Part shown: positions 8,196 to 19,553 of the stretch, piece after piece | Numbering within the stretch: position 1 is the first letter of the stretch | Layout: the number at the start of each line of letters is the position of its first letter | Assembly: GCA_041650515.1 (NCBI GenBank) | Contig: JBAZLA010000004.1 | Span: forward strand, 23,748 to 87,747 | Direction: 5' to 3' | Length of the DNA: 64,000 nucleotides | Source: Patescibacteria group bacterium | GTDB lineage: Bacteria; Patescibacteriota; Patescibacteriia; JACRDY01 | Notes under the pieces: model-generated | Told to the model about the DNA's origin: nothing | Databases searched by the model: none | The model's input: the letters and a program-made list of their open reading frames with translations, nothing else | Made by a program: the position numbers and the translations under genes

Positions 8196-9296
8196 TTAAC
8201 TCCTTTGTCGATATTGATAAATAACCACCAACAAACCGCCGAATAATATCATCACCCCGACTACTACTCCTAATGCGATCAGTTTATCTTTACTTTGTAA
8301 AAACAAAGCTAACGAACCAAAAACCGCAGAAAATAGATACAAAACGATCACGGCCTGACGTTGCGACAGACCAATATCTAATAGACGAAAATGTAAATGT
8401 TTTTTGTCGGCTGTTCTAAAGGGTGATTTCTTTTCCCAAAATAAACGTCGTAAGATTACCCACAAAACGTCTAAAATCGGAATACCCATAATTAATAAAG
8501 CCGTAGCGATCTTACCACCAGAAATAATAGCTAAAATTCCCAACATAAAACCCAAAAAAAGTGACCCACCTTCCCCCAAAAATATTTTGGCTGGATGCCA
8601 ATTAAACAAAAGAAATCCCAAACAGCTACCGGCCAAAATAATTGCCAATAAAGCCGTATCGGGCTGCCACCATTTGGTGGCGGTCGAAAGCAAAAAAATA
8701 ATTACCGCGCCAATTGTTGTTATCCCCGAAACTAAACCATCTAGTCCGTCCAAAAACTTAGTAGTATACATCATCCCCATCAACCAAACCAAGGTAAAAA
8801 GATCAGCTGCTAAAGTAAAACGATAAGGCAATCCCCCCAACCACAGCACTGTCCATTGATAATAATCAAGATAAATCAGACCGCCAAAAGGATTAGTTAT
8901 TTTGATAATACCGATACCACCAACGATTACCACCACCACGGCTACCAGTGGCCAAATAATCTGCCGTCGCGGCGCCAAACCATAACGATCATCCAAATAG
9001 CCACCGATCATTAAAATTAATCCCGCTACGAATAAAGTCCAGATGTATTTGAGTAAAATATTTTGGCCAATCAGCCAATCAGTGCCATAAGCATAATAGA
9101 AAATGACAATAAAAAAACTCAGAAATATCGCTAAACCACCCAAAAGCGGCACTGGTCCTGGCTGAATCTTTCGCTGATCACCGGGATAATCAAAAATTTT
9201 GAATCTAATCGCTAGGCGCCTAATAATAATAGTCAATAAAACTGCCAACAACAGAGCGGCTAGAAAAGCGACTAAATAATTAATATAAAGAGTCAT
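8196..9296 (-). CDS. Glycosyltransferase family 4 polyprenyl-phosphate sugar-1-phosphate transferase (WecA/TagO/MraY superfamily)
   Basis: 366 aa, about 10 TM helices. Motifs RKIQPGPVPLLGG, DDRYGL, FLDGLDGLVSG and PAKIFLGEGGS. No MraY-type HHH motif seen. Confidence 0.6.
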   Translation of the reverse strand: MTLYINYLVAFLAALLLAVLLTIIIRRLAIRFKIFDYPGDQRKIQPGPVPLLGGLAIFLSFFIVIFYYAYGTDWLIGQNILLKYIWTLFVAGLILMIGGYLDDRYGLAPRRQIIWPLVAVVVVIVGGIGIIKITNPFGGLIYLDYYQWTVLWLGGLPYRFTLAADLFTLVWLMGMMYTTKFLDGLDGLVSGITTIGAVIIFLLSTATKWWQPDTALLAIILAGSCLGFLLFNWHPAKIFLGEGGSLFLGFMLGILAIISGGKIATALLIMGIPILDVLWVILRRLFWEKKSPFRTADKKHLHFRLLDIGLSQRQAVIVLYLFSAVFGSLALFLQSKDKLIALGVVVGVMILFGGLLVVIYQYRQRS

Positions 9297-9304
9297 TGAT
9301 AATT

Positions 9305-12124
9305 CTACTTAGTGTAGACACCCTGCTCGATGCGAATCTCACCACCAGCATCAAGAATTATTCTATCTTTACGCTGAATCTTTCCGGAAATGGTTAAATT
9401 AGCCAAAATATTACTAACTTTATCCTGGATCACCCGACGCAGTGGCCGGGCGCCAAACTGTGGATCAAAGCCAGCAACCGCTAGCTCCTCTATCGCCGCG
9501 TCGGTGAACTCCAGCCCAATACCTTTAACCTCTAGACTCTTCGCTACTTTTTTGAGCATCAGTTTAGCAATCTGACGGACCTCAACCATCGTTAGCGGTT
9601 TAAAAACATTGATTGCATCAAAACGATTCAAGAACTCCGGGCGGAAATATGTTCCCAGCTGACTCTCAATTAGGTCTTCTTTAATCTTATTGATATCAAC
9701 ACCAGCCTTAATCTGTTCATGGATATAACTCGTACCAGCATTGGAGGTCATAATAATAATTGCGTTGGTAAAGTCGACTGTTCGACCCAAATTATCCGTC
9801 AACCGACCATCATCCATTACCTGTAAAAAAACATTTAAAATATCGGGATGAGCTTTTTCTACCTCGTCGCACAAAAGTAAAGTAAAAGGTGTCTGTCTGA
9901 TCGCCTCCGTCAAAAAGCCACTGGTTTCCGCACCCGGCATCCCAACTAGACGATAGAGACTGTCTTTAGTCTGATATTCTGACATATCCAGGCGAATCAT
10001 ATTTTCCTCATTGCCAAAATACACCTCGGCGACTGTTTTGGCTAATTCGGTTTTACCAACACCGGTCGGACCCAAAAATAAAAAGTTGGCAATTGGCCGC
10101 TTAATCTCTCGCAGCTCAGCTCGGGAGCGTCGTAGGGCCGCCGCCACTTCCACTACGGCCTGCTCTTGATCAACCATCCGATCGTGGATCTGCTGTTCTA
10201 GATTTAATAATTTATCACTCTCGGTCTGAGTAATTTTGGTCACTGGCACCTTGGTTTTTTGTGAAACAATCACGGCCACATCCTCAGCAGTGACCGAAGC
10301 ATTTTGGCCACGGCTCTTACCAGTATAAACTGCCACTTCTTTTAATAAATCAATGGCTTTGGCCGGCAACTGACGATCGTGCATCAAACGCATAGCCAGC
10401 TCCACCGTCTTAGCAATCGCATCATATGAAAAAATAACTTTATTTTGATATTCAATACTACCAATCTTACTTTCCAAAATTTGAATCGCCTGATTAGACC
10501 CTGGTTCTTCAATCGGGACCTTATGTAGCGCGCCAGCCAGGGTGGTTTGACTCTCAATATATTGGTAATCCTGCGGCGTCGTCGTAGCAAAAACCAGAGT
10601 CTGGCTGTTGCTTAAATAATTAGCCAACACTTCAGATAAATCAAGACTTTCGCCACTGCCAGCACTAATACCAATCAAGCTGTGGATATCCTCAATAACC
10701 ATAATGATGTTCCCAGCTTTATTAATTTCATAAAAAATTTGTAATAATCTTTCATTAGCCGCCGAGGCGTCAGCCCCGGCTGTTAGTTTGGAAATACTAA
10801 GTGAAACCAAACGTTTATCTTGCAAAATTTTAGGCACATCATCAGCAATCATCCGTTGAGCCAGCCCCTCAATCATAGTTGTTTTACCGACCCCGGGTAA
10901 ACCAACTAAAACTACACTGCCTTTAGTCCCTTCAATAATGCGAAAAATCTCATCAAATTCCTTATCACGACCAACCACTGGGGAAAAATGACCATAAGCT
11001 GCCAAACGCGTTAAATCGGTGGCAAAATTATCTAAATAAGGGGTCATTACAGCCGTCATCGCCTTGTTCATCTCGCCCTTCGGCCGCAAACCGCCACGAC
11101 CGTGATAATATTTCCATTGTATCCGCAAAGCCTCATTAATCTGAAACCAGACCACAACATTTTTAATCTTATTAACGTCAATTTCTAGATTATAAAGTAA
11201 CCCCGCGGTTAAAGACTGGCTTTCCAAATCACAAGCGATTAATAGCTCGGCGACGGTAACTTTACTCTGCCGCATCTCATAAGCCTGCTCGTAAGCTTTA
11301 AAAAACAACTGTTTAATTTCGGCTGATAGATACGGATCACCATCGCCCCGCGGTATTTTGGCCATCGCTTGTTTGGTCTGGTTAATCAGTTTATCCCAAT
11401 CAACACCCAGACGGCTAAAAATAATTGCCACTTTTTGGAAACTAAATAAAGAAGCCAAAAGATGAATCGGCGCTACGGCTGGTTGATGCCAATTCTTGGC
11501 TAGCCGCCAGGCGCGAAAAATCACTTCAACAGCCTGTTGATCAAAAGCTAAACTAATATCAATGCTTTCACTTTTATTATCAACCTGTAACTCTTGCCAA
11601 CTCGGGATTACCGGCACAAAATCGTCAGCAACTAGAGCCCTCTCTTGAAAGGTTTTTTTGATTACTAATTCTTGTTTCTCTGATTCCCGATCCAAACGAT
11701 AGTAAATATACAAATCGGTAATTACGCTAAGCCAAAAGAGAATTAACCGCCAATCATGGTGTAAGACCGGCCAAGTTTTGAAATGAATTACTAGCGGCCA
11801 AAAACTAATATCAAATGCTTTGCCTTCGGCAATAAAGGGAATATAGACCCAAGCCGCTAAAAGTAAACCAATGATACCAAAAGCGACTAAAATGCCATTG
11901 ATAATTTTACGAACCAATTTCTCCATTTCATACTGGGCAATGTGCGACCAATCAACTACCTTGCCCCAATAAAGCAAACGCTCTTGCGGCCGATCGGCAG
12001 CAAAATCTGAATACCAAAATACCAACCCCTGTTCACGGCAACGCGGACAACCCTTAGCCTGGCAATCGGGACAAAAAACCGGATAAAAATTGTCCAAAAC
12101 TTTATTTTTATTTTCACCGGACAT
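9305..12124 (-). CDS. ClpA/ClpB-family double AAA+ ATPase with an N-terminal zinc ribbon and two TM helices
   Basis: 939 aa. Walker A boxes GLPGVGKTT and GPTGVGKTE; sensor-2-like motif GARPLRR. The N-terminus has CPDCQAKGCPRCREQG followed by hydrophobic segments (ILVAFGIIGLLLAAWVYIPF; LILFWLSVITDLYIYY). No ClpP-docking IGF loop seen. Confidence 0.75.
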   Translation of the reverse strand: MSGENKNKVLDNFYPVFCPDCQAKGCPRCREQGLVFWYSDFAADRPQERLLYWGKVVDWSHIAQYEMEKLVRKIINGILVAFGIIGLLLAAWVYIPFIAEGKAFDISFWPLVIHFKTWPVLHHDWRLILFWLSVITDLYIYYRLDRESEKQELVIKKTFQERALVADDFVPVIPSWQELQVDNKSESIDISLAFDQQAVEVIFRAWRLAKNWHQPAVAPIHLLASLFSFQKVAIIFSRLGVDWDKLINQTKQAMAKIPRGDGDPYLSAEIKQLFFKAYEQAYEMRQSKVTVAELLIACDLESQSLTAGLLYNLEIDVNKIKNVVVWFQINEALRIQWKYYHGRGGLRPKGEMNKAMTAVMTPYLDNFATDLTRLAAYGHFSPVVGRDKEFDEIFRIIEGTKGSVVLVGLPGVGKTTMIEGLAQRMIADDVPKILQDKRLVSLSISKLTAGADASAANERLLQIFYEINKAGNIIMVIEDIHSLIGISAGSGESLDLSEVLANYLSNSQTLVFATTTPQDYQYIESQTTLAGALHKVPIEEPGSNQAIQILESKIGSIEYQNKVIFSYDAIAKTVELAMRLMHDRQLPAKAIDLLKEVAVYTGKSRGQNASVTAEDVAVIVSQKTKVPVTKITQTESDKLLNLEQQIHDRMVDQEQAVVEVAAALRRSRAELREIKRPIANFLFLGPTGVGKTELAKTVAEVYFGNEENMIRLDMSEYQTKDSLYRLVGMPGAETSGFLTEAIRQTPFTLLLCDEVEKAHPDILNVFLQVMDDGRLTDNLGRTVDFTNAIIIMTSNAGTSYIHEQIKAGVDINKIKEDLIESQLGTYFRPEFLNRFDAINVFKPLTMVEVRQIAKLMLKKVAKSLEVKGIGLEFTDAAIEELAVAGFDPQFGARPLRRVIQDKVSNILANLTISGKIQRKDRIILDAGGEIRIEQGVYTK

Positions 12125-12132
12125 GGCAGTTT

Positions 12133-12501
12133 TTAAAATATTTGTTGATAAAACTCATAAACAACTAAAATCGGCAATCCCAACCAAACCAACAGCATAA
12201 TTAGCGACAGAACAAGATAAAACATTAGTTCCAACCCTTTCCAAAAAATTCCGATTGTCCGAAAAATAAAACTGATAATCTTACCAGCAATATCATACTG
12301 ACCATACATTGGTTTAGCCCAATTCAAAATCCAAACCGTTAGGCCAATGCTTTCTTCAAAACTGGCGATTGAATGTAACCGTCGCTTGATAAATTTAACC
12401 AAACCCACTGAATACCACCAAACCGGGAAATACAAAATATCGCCCACCAGATCTTTAGCGACGAATTTGGCTGAAAGTAGGGCCAAATTTTGACTTTTCA
12501 T
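12133..12501 (-). CDS. Hypothetical membrane protein
   Basis: 122 aa with a hydrophobic C-terminal half. No recognisable motif. Confidence 0.3.
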   Translation of the reverse strand: MKSQNLALLSAKFVAKDLVGDILYFPVWWYSVGLVKFIKRRLHSIASFEESIGLTVWILNWAKPMYGQYDIAGKIISFIFRTIGIFWKGLELMFYLVLSLIMLLVWLGLPILVVYEFYQQIF

Positions 12502-12617
12502 AACAATTTAATTATAGCACAAAAATAAAATAATAAAAAACAACGACTACCAATATTAATGTTTTTGATTAGGCCTAGTCTCTAATCTTAAATTCAAATG
12601 CATCAAAAGTTTTCAAT

Positions 12618-12780
12618 CTGGCGGGGGTTTAGGGGCGTTTGCGGCGCGTAAGCGCACCCTCGACTCCTAAGACGATGTTGAGGGAGTGCGCTGGTTAAAA
12701 CAAACTAAAGATGAACAAAACTCGCGCCGCAAACGCCCCTAAAACTTTTTTGGTTACTTTTTTAGTTATAAAAAAGTAAC
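12618..12780. repeat. Structured GC-rich intergenic element R1 (copy 1 of 2)
   Basis: Perfect 21-bp outer stem tttaggggcgtttgcggcgcg / cgcgccgcaaacgcccctaaa. Inner hairpin gcgcaccctc..gagggagtgcgc. Conserved single-stranded aaagatgaacaaaac, then an 11-bp AT hairpin gttactttttt-agttat-aaaaaagtaac. Homologous to 14874-15032. Confidence 0.55.
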
Positions 12781-12830
12781 AAACCAACCCAAAATAAAAA
12801 ACAGCCGGCGATGACTGTTTTTTACTCCTA

Positions 12831-14821
<1,991 letters not shown>

Positions 14822-14873
14822 ATATAATTTAAAATACACCAACTTTATCTTAAAAGCAACCAAAATATTAAAC

Positions 14874-15032
14874 CCGGCGGGGGTTTGGGGGTCGTTTGCG
14901 GCGCGGAGCCGCAGTCCCCGTCTGGCCGATACCGTCCAGGGGGCAAGGCGGGTTGATCCACATGAAAGTGAACAACACCCGCGCCTCAAACGCCCCCAAA
15001 GGTTTTTTGTTACTTTTTTGGCTCCAAAAAAG
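14874..15032. repeat. Structured GC-rich intergenic element R2 (copy 2 of 2)
   Basis: Outer stem tttgggggtcgtttgcggcgcgg / ccgcgcctcaaacgcccccaaa with compensatory a-u to g-c change relative to R1. Different inner hairpin. Conserved aaagtgaacaacac. Terminal AT hairpin gttacttttttgg..ccaaaaaagtaa. Confidence 0.55.
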
Positions 15033-15152
15033 TAAATGACCTTTGTGATATAAACCACCCGATCCTTCGTCCGCCTACGGCGGACTCAGGATGACAAATA
15101 AAAAAGAGGCCTATAAACCTCTTACTCTAAAATTTCACGTTTAAAACCACTG

Positions 15153-15506
15153 CTATCTCGCCACGGCCACGCCGCCAGAAAGTTCCAAATATTCCACCTG
15201 CCCAATGTTAACCATCCCTAATTGGTTGATTTTATCTTCCACCGAATCAACCGACTGCATCTGTCGACTCTGGAGCTGAAATTTACGGTTATCAAATTTG
15301 GCGTTTTCTAGCTTAATTTCCAAATCTCTAATCTCGTAGCCCTTGATAGCCGAATTATTTACGGCTAATAAATAAAAAAAGCCGCTGCAAATAATCAAAC
15401 AAATGACGGCAATATTTAAAGTTTTAATGCTTAGCTTAATTTGGCGATACCATTTAGTCTTGGCTCTTTCCTCTTTCAGATTTTGATTTTTGATAAAAAT
15501 GGTCAT
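15153..15506 (-). CDS. ftsL: FtsL-like cell-division protein
   Basis: 117 aa. Single TM helix then coiled-coil. Lies immediately downstream of rsmH in the mraZ-rsmH-ftsL order. Confidence 0.5.
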   Translation of the reverse strand: MTIFIKNQNLKEERAKTKWYRQIKLSIKTLNIAVICLIICSGFFYLLAVNNSAIKGYEIRDLEIKLENAKFDNRKFQLQSRQMQSVDSVEDKINQLGMVNIGQVEYLELSGGVAVAR

Positions 15507-16459
15507 ATTTTCTGAGCAACACGTAACTTAGCGCTACGAGCTCGGGAGTTTTGATTTAATTCTGCCTCATTGGCGATGATCGGCTTACGGGTCAAAATTT
15601 TTAGCTGCGCCTGGTGCGAACAGCAGCAGACCGGAATTTCTTTTGGACAAATACAGTCGCCGCTCTCCTGCCTAAAAAAATTCTTAACAATCCGATCTTC
15701 GAGCGAATGAAAAGAAACAACGGCTAGCCGACCACCACTGGGTAATAATTCCAGCGCCGATGGCAAAACTTTTGCTAGATTTTCTAGCTCGGCATTAACC
15801 GCAATTCTTAAAGCTTGAAAGGTTCGCGTCGCCGGGTGAATCTTACCCGGCCGATGATAATACTTTTTATAAACTTGAGAAACCAATTCCGCCAGCTCCG
15901 CTACGGAATAAATCTCTTTAGCGCGCCTAGTCTCGCTAATTATCTTGGAGATGGGTCGGGCTAATGGTTCTTCACCATAGGTTCGAAGCAGTTCATTGAG
16001 TTTCTCTTTATTTAAATTATTAATTAGCCAATGGGCAGTGGTTGAGTTACCAACCGGGTCAAACCTCATATCCAGAAATCCCGAACCCTGGAAAGAAAAT
16101 CCTCGACTTGAATCTTGGAGTTGATTAGATGATAAGCCCAAGTCAAGTACGATACCGCTAATCTGATTAAAATGTTGGTCATAAACAATTTGTTTTAAAT
16201 CTCGGAAATTACCTTGGACTATTTTTATATTTTTTTTAATTTTTTTATTCCCAGGTTCAGCTAGTTCTTTTGAAAATCGGCTAATCGCTTGCTGGTCTAA
16301 ATCAATTGCCAAAACTTGACCTTGAGGTGAGATTCTTTTGGCTATTTCCAAAGTATAACCGCCACCACCCAATGTTGCATCAATGAAATTCTGGCCAGGC
16401 TGGGGGTCTAAATAACTAATAACTTCGTTTAAAAGGACTGGAACGTGAATATTATTCAT
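15503..16459 (-). CDS. rsmH: 16S rRNA (cytosine1402-N4)-methyltransferase RsmH/MraW
   Basis: 318 aa. MNNIHVPVLLNEV, DATLGGGGYT and DLGLSSNQL. Confidence 0.9.
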   Translation of the reverse strand: MNNIHVPVLLNEVISYLDPQPGQNFIDATLGGGGYTLEIAKRISPQGQVLAIDLDQQAISRFSKELAEPGNKKIKKNIKIVQGNFRDLKQIVYDQHFNQISGIVLDLGLSSNQLQDSSRGFSFQGSGFLDMRFDPVGNSTTAHWLINNLNKEKLNELLRTYGEEPLARPISKIISETRRAKEIYSVAELAELVSQVYKKYYHRPGKIHPATRTFQALRIAVNAELENLAKVLPSALELLPSGGRLAVVSFHSLEDRIVKNFFRQESGDCICPKEIPVCCCSHQAQLKILTRKPIIANEAELNQNSRARSAKLRVAQKI

Positions 16460-16492
16460 AATTACGAATTACCCATTACTTGTTACTCGCCA

Positions 16493-16924
16493 TTAAACCC
16501 CAAGTTCGCCTAATTGCTCAGCAATCCCCTCACTCTTAGTCTCTACTCCCTGACGATATTTCTCCCACAATGAGCTATCCCAAATTTCTACTCGGTTATA
16601 TAGACCAGTAACTATTAACTTTTTGGTCACGCTGGCAAACTTTCTTAGATAATCCGGCAACATAATCCGGCCCTGATTATCTAATTTAACATCCATGGCA
16701 CCGGCTAACATCAAACGAGAAAAAGCACGGCTATTAGCTTGAGAAATCGGCAAGGCGGCCAATTTATCCGCCAACTTTTGCCATTCATCTTGAGGATATA
16801 AAACCAAACAACCGTCTAGCCCCTTGGTGACAACTCCACCTTTAAGTAGATCCTCCCGGAATTTAACCGGAATGGCTAAACGGCCCTTATTATCTAAATT
16901 ATGTGTGAATTCGCCAATAAACAT
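16493..16924 (-). CDS. mraZ: Transcriptional regulator MraZ
   Basis: 143 aa with two DXXXR-type repeats (DNKGRLAIP; DNQGRIMLP). Confidence 0.9.
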   Translation of the reverse strand: MFIGEFTHNLDNKGRLAIPVKFREDLLKGGVVTKGLDGCLVLYPQDEWQKLADKLAALPISQANSRAFSRLMLAGAMDVKLDNQGRIMLPDYLRKFASVTKKLIVTGLYNRVEIWDSSLWEKYRQGVETKSEGIAEQLGELGV

Positions 16925-16955
16925 ATTTTATTTATACACTTTTATTTTGGTTTTT

Positions 16956-16985
16956 CCCCACTTTTATCCACATTCATCCACTATG
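16956..16985 (-). promoter_or_regulatory. MraZ operator: three direct GTGG(A/G) repeats at 10-bp spacing upstream of mraZ
   Basis: Minus strand cataGTGGATgaatGTGGATaaaaGTGGGG, 30-60 nt upstream of the mraZ ATG. Confidence 0.6.
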
Positions 16986-17051
16986 TTACTATTATACACC
17001 ACTTTTAAAACCTAAGCAACCACCTGTCAACTAATAAAAAAACAATTAAAA

Positions 17052-17078
17052 AAAGCCGATTTTCGGCTAAATTTAAAT
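17052..17078. terminator. Bidirectional hairpin terminator (agccga-ttt-tcggct) flanked by A- and T-runs
   Basis: aaaaaagccgattttcggctaaattt, between dtd (upstream on minus) and the mraZ promoter. Confidence 0.5.
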
Positions 17079-17112
17079 AAATTAATAATTAATATCCAAA
17101 CCTGTTGATAAC

Positions 17113-17145
17113 TGGCAACATTAAAATTATATTTTAATGTTGCCA
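17113..17145. promoter_or_regulatory. Perfect 14-bp-arm palindrome immediately 3' of dtd
   Basis: ggcaacattaaaat-tat-attttaatgttgcc. Confidence 0.4.
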
Positions 17146-17181
17146 TCCCGACTCCCGCATCACAGGACGAGGAATCTGTCT

Positions 17182-17622
17182 TTAGCTCTCCAAAATTATG
17201 GTCACCGGACCATTATTTACCAACTCCACTTGCATCATCGCCCCAAACTCACCAGTCTCGACCTTAAGATTGGCAATTTTAATTTTAGCTACAAATTGCT
17301 GATATAAATCTACTGCTTCTTGCCCCCGAGCAGCGGCATCAAAACTGGGTCGTCTCCCCTTTTTAGTATCAGCATAGAGGGTAAATTGAGAAACAATTAA
17401 TATCTCGCCATTAATATCCAATACCGATTGATCGAACTCGATATTATTTTGATTAGAAAAAATTCTTAGGTTTAAAATTTTAGCGGCTAGATATTCAACA
17501 TCTTTGGGTGTATCACCGTTTTTAATGCCCAATAAAACAACCAAACCTGCTTGGATCTGCCCAATGGTTCGTTCGCTAATTTTGACATTAGCCGCCGTTA
17601 CTCGTTGGATAACCGCTCTCAT
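17182..17622 (-). CDS. dtd: D-aminoacyl-tRNA deacylase
   Basis: 146 aa. MRAVIQRV N-terminus and the SQFTLYAD motif. Confidence 0.9.
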   Translation of the reverse strand: MRAVIQRVTAANVKISERTIGQIQAGLVVLLGIKNGDTPKDVEYLAAKILNLRIFSNQNNIEFDQSVLDINGEILIVSQFTLYADTKKGRRPSFDAAARGQEAVDLYQQFVAKIKIANLKVETGEFGAMMQVELVNNGPVTIILES

Positions 17623-17637
17623 TAAATAACTAAAAAT

Positions 17638-19425
17638 TTATTTATGGTCAAAATTCTGTTTATCCCATAACTCATAAAATCTACCACGGCTAGCGCAGAG
17701 TTGGTCAAAATTTCCAGATTCTATAAGCTTCCCGTCCTCGATGACTAGAATTTTATCCATTTCTCTAATTGTGGTAAGCCGATGGGCAATAACTATAGCC
17801 GTTACGTTTTTAAAAAACTTATGCAGTGAATCACGAATTTTTTCTTCCGATTCCAAATCTAGATGGGAGGTTGCTTCATCAAGAAGTAAAATTTGAGGCT
17901 CTTTAAATATAGCTCTAGCGATGCCTAATCTTTGCCGCTCACCTCCAGAAAGCCTGATCCCCTTTTCTCCAATGATTGTTTCTAGCCCTTGCGGCAGTCG
18001 GTTCAAAAAGTCAGAAATATGAGCGACCTCTAAAGCCTGCTTTAATAATTTCTGATTTGCTTTCTTCTTGGTATTAGTAATAACGATATTATCACGCAAC
18101 GAAAAATTGAATACCTCTGTATCCTGCAATACAACGGAGACCAGATCAAAATAACCACTACGGCCAATCTTCTTTATCGATACGTCGTCGAATAAAATAT
18201 CGCCCTTAAATTCTTCACGTTCTTTAAGAAGCAGTTTGAAGAGAGTGGACTTGCCAGCTCCAGACAAACCAACGATACCTACTTTTTCGCCGCGGCGTAC
18301 CTCAAATGTAATGTTATTTAAAACTTTATTAGACTCATAGGAAAACGACACTCCTCGGAAAATAATTTTTTGCCAAGCTGATGACAACGGAACCTTGCCT
18401 GATTCGTTATCAATAATTATTGGCTCATTTAATATCTCCTTCATCCTAGCCACGCTAAACTTGGAAGTCACAAAATCGACACTAACACTAGACAGTTCGT
18501 CGATTGATTCTCTAAGTTTTGAGAAATAACTATTAAATAAAATCAAAAAACCAATTTCATAATGACCGCCAAATATCCCTCTAATTATAATAATGAAAAT
18601 GCCAATCTTAAAAATGTTTGCCCAAAAAGATAAAAAAGCGTTACGGGACTGATACCAAAAAATTCGCACTTTAAGTCTTCTAAAAAGTTCTCCCATTTTT
18701 TTGGCCAAAACAGTATATAAAGTTTTAGCCATAGACATAACTTTGACTGTCCTAATATTACTGATCGCCTCAAAAAGTAGACCATTAACTTGCTCTTCTT
18801 GAATATTAACCAGGTATGAGGCCTCGCCCGCCCTACGCTTTATAGTGCTCGAAATAAAAAAATAAGTAAGTAAAAAAACTGACAAAACCAGTAGGACCGT
18901 ATGATCAAATCTAGCAATAATAATATTAATTGCAACCAGATTAACGGCAATTTCAATAATATTATTGAACCAGATCCGCAGAATCTTGCTAAATCCGTCG
19001 GCAGCATTTTGGATCTTCTTTATTTTATTACCAGAGTTCTCTTCTTCATGCCAAGCCATATCCAATAAAAACATATGCCTAATGGCTCTTAGCGATGAAT
19101 CAATAGCTATCTTCTCAGATATCTGATAACCAAGATACTTCGAAAAAAATTGACTCAAGCTTCTAATAACAACTGCTGCCGACCATAATAACAAGACTAT
19201 CCACAAACCGTTTAGAGATTCCCCCGGTTGGTATTTAGTCAAAATAGTAACGATTGCCGCCAAGGCAAAGGCGGGATAAAGCCACGCCAGATCCCCTGCT
19301 AGACGGATCAGAGAAGCAACCACAAAACGTCCCCGATACGGCCGCAATAGCTGCAGGATATCTTTAATCAACTGCCAAGAAGAATATTGTATAACTTGTT
19401 TTTCGAAGTTTAATATTTTGGGCAT
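17638..19425 (-). CDS. ABC transporter, fused permease/ATP-binding exporter (MsbA-like)
   Basis: 595 aa. N-terminal 6-TM domain. Walker A GLSGAGKST, signature LSGGERQRLGIARA, Walker B ILLLDEATS. Confidence 0.8.
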   Translation of the reverse strand: MPKILNFEKQVIQYSSWQLIKDILQLLRPYRGRFVVASLIRLAGDLAWLYPAFALAAIVTILTKYQPGESLNGLWIVLLLWSAAVVIRSLSQFFSKYLGYQISEKIAIDSSLRAIRHMFLLDMAWHEEENSGNKIKKIQNAADGFSKILRIWFNNIIEIAVNLVAINIIIARFDHTVLLVLSVFLLTYFFISSTIKRRAGEASYLVNIQEEQVNGLLFEAISNIRTVKVMSMAKTLYTVLAKKMGELFRRLKVRIFWYQSRNAFLSFWANIFKIGIFIIIIRGIFGGHYEIGFLILFNSYFSKLRESIDELSSVSVDFVTSKFSVARMKEILNEPIIIDNESGKVPLSSAWQKIIFRGVSFSYESNKVLNNITFEVRRGEKVGIVGLSGAGKSTLFKLLLKEREEFKGDILFDDVSIKKIGRSGYFDLVSVVLQDTEVFNFSLRDNIVITNTKKKANQKLLKQALEVAHISDFLNRLPQGLETIIGEKGIRLSGGERQRLGIARAIFKEPQILLLDEATSHLDLESEEKIRDSLHKFFKNVTAIVIAHRLTTIREMDKILVIEDGKLIESGNFDQLCASRGRFYELWDKQNFDHK

Positions 19426-19553
19426 GGCTGGCGCTTGGGTTCGCTCAAATAGCGAACGATTATCGTTTAAATTTACCTTGAGTAGTCTGGATGTCTAATA
19501 ATAACTAAAAATCGCCCAACTGGCCGATTCTCTCAAGTATAAACCGAGCCTAG

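Noticed and set aside
8404-8826. 140-aa plus-strand ORF inside the GT4 transferase gene
   Set aside because: Antisense to a motif-supported membrane enzyme. Lys/Pro-rich low-complexity translation.
14822-15058. N-terminal 79 codons of the 206-aa track ORF 14438..15058
   Set aside because: The extension is a translation of the GC-rich R2 repeat (Arg/Gly/Cys-rich junk). A good internal ATG with the conserved Cys-rich domain starts at 14821.
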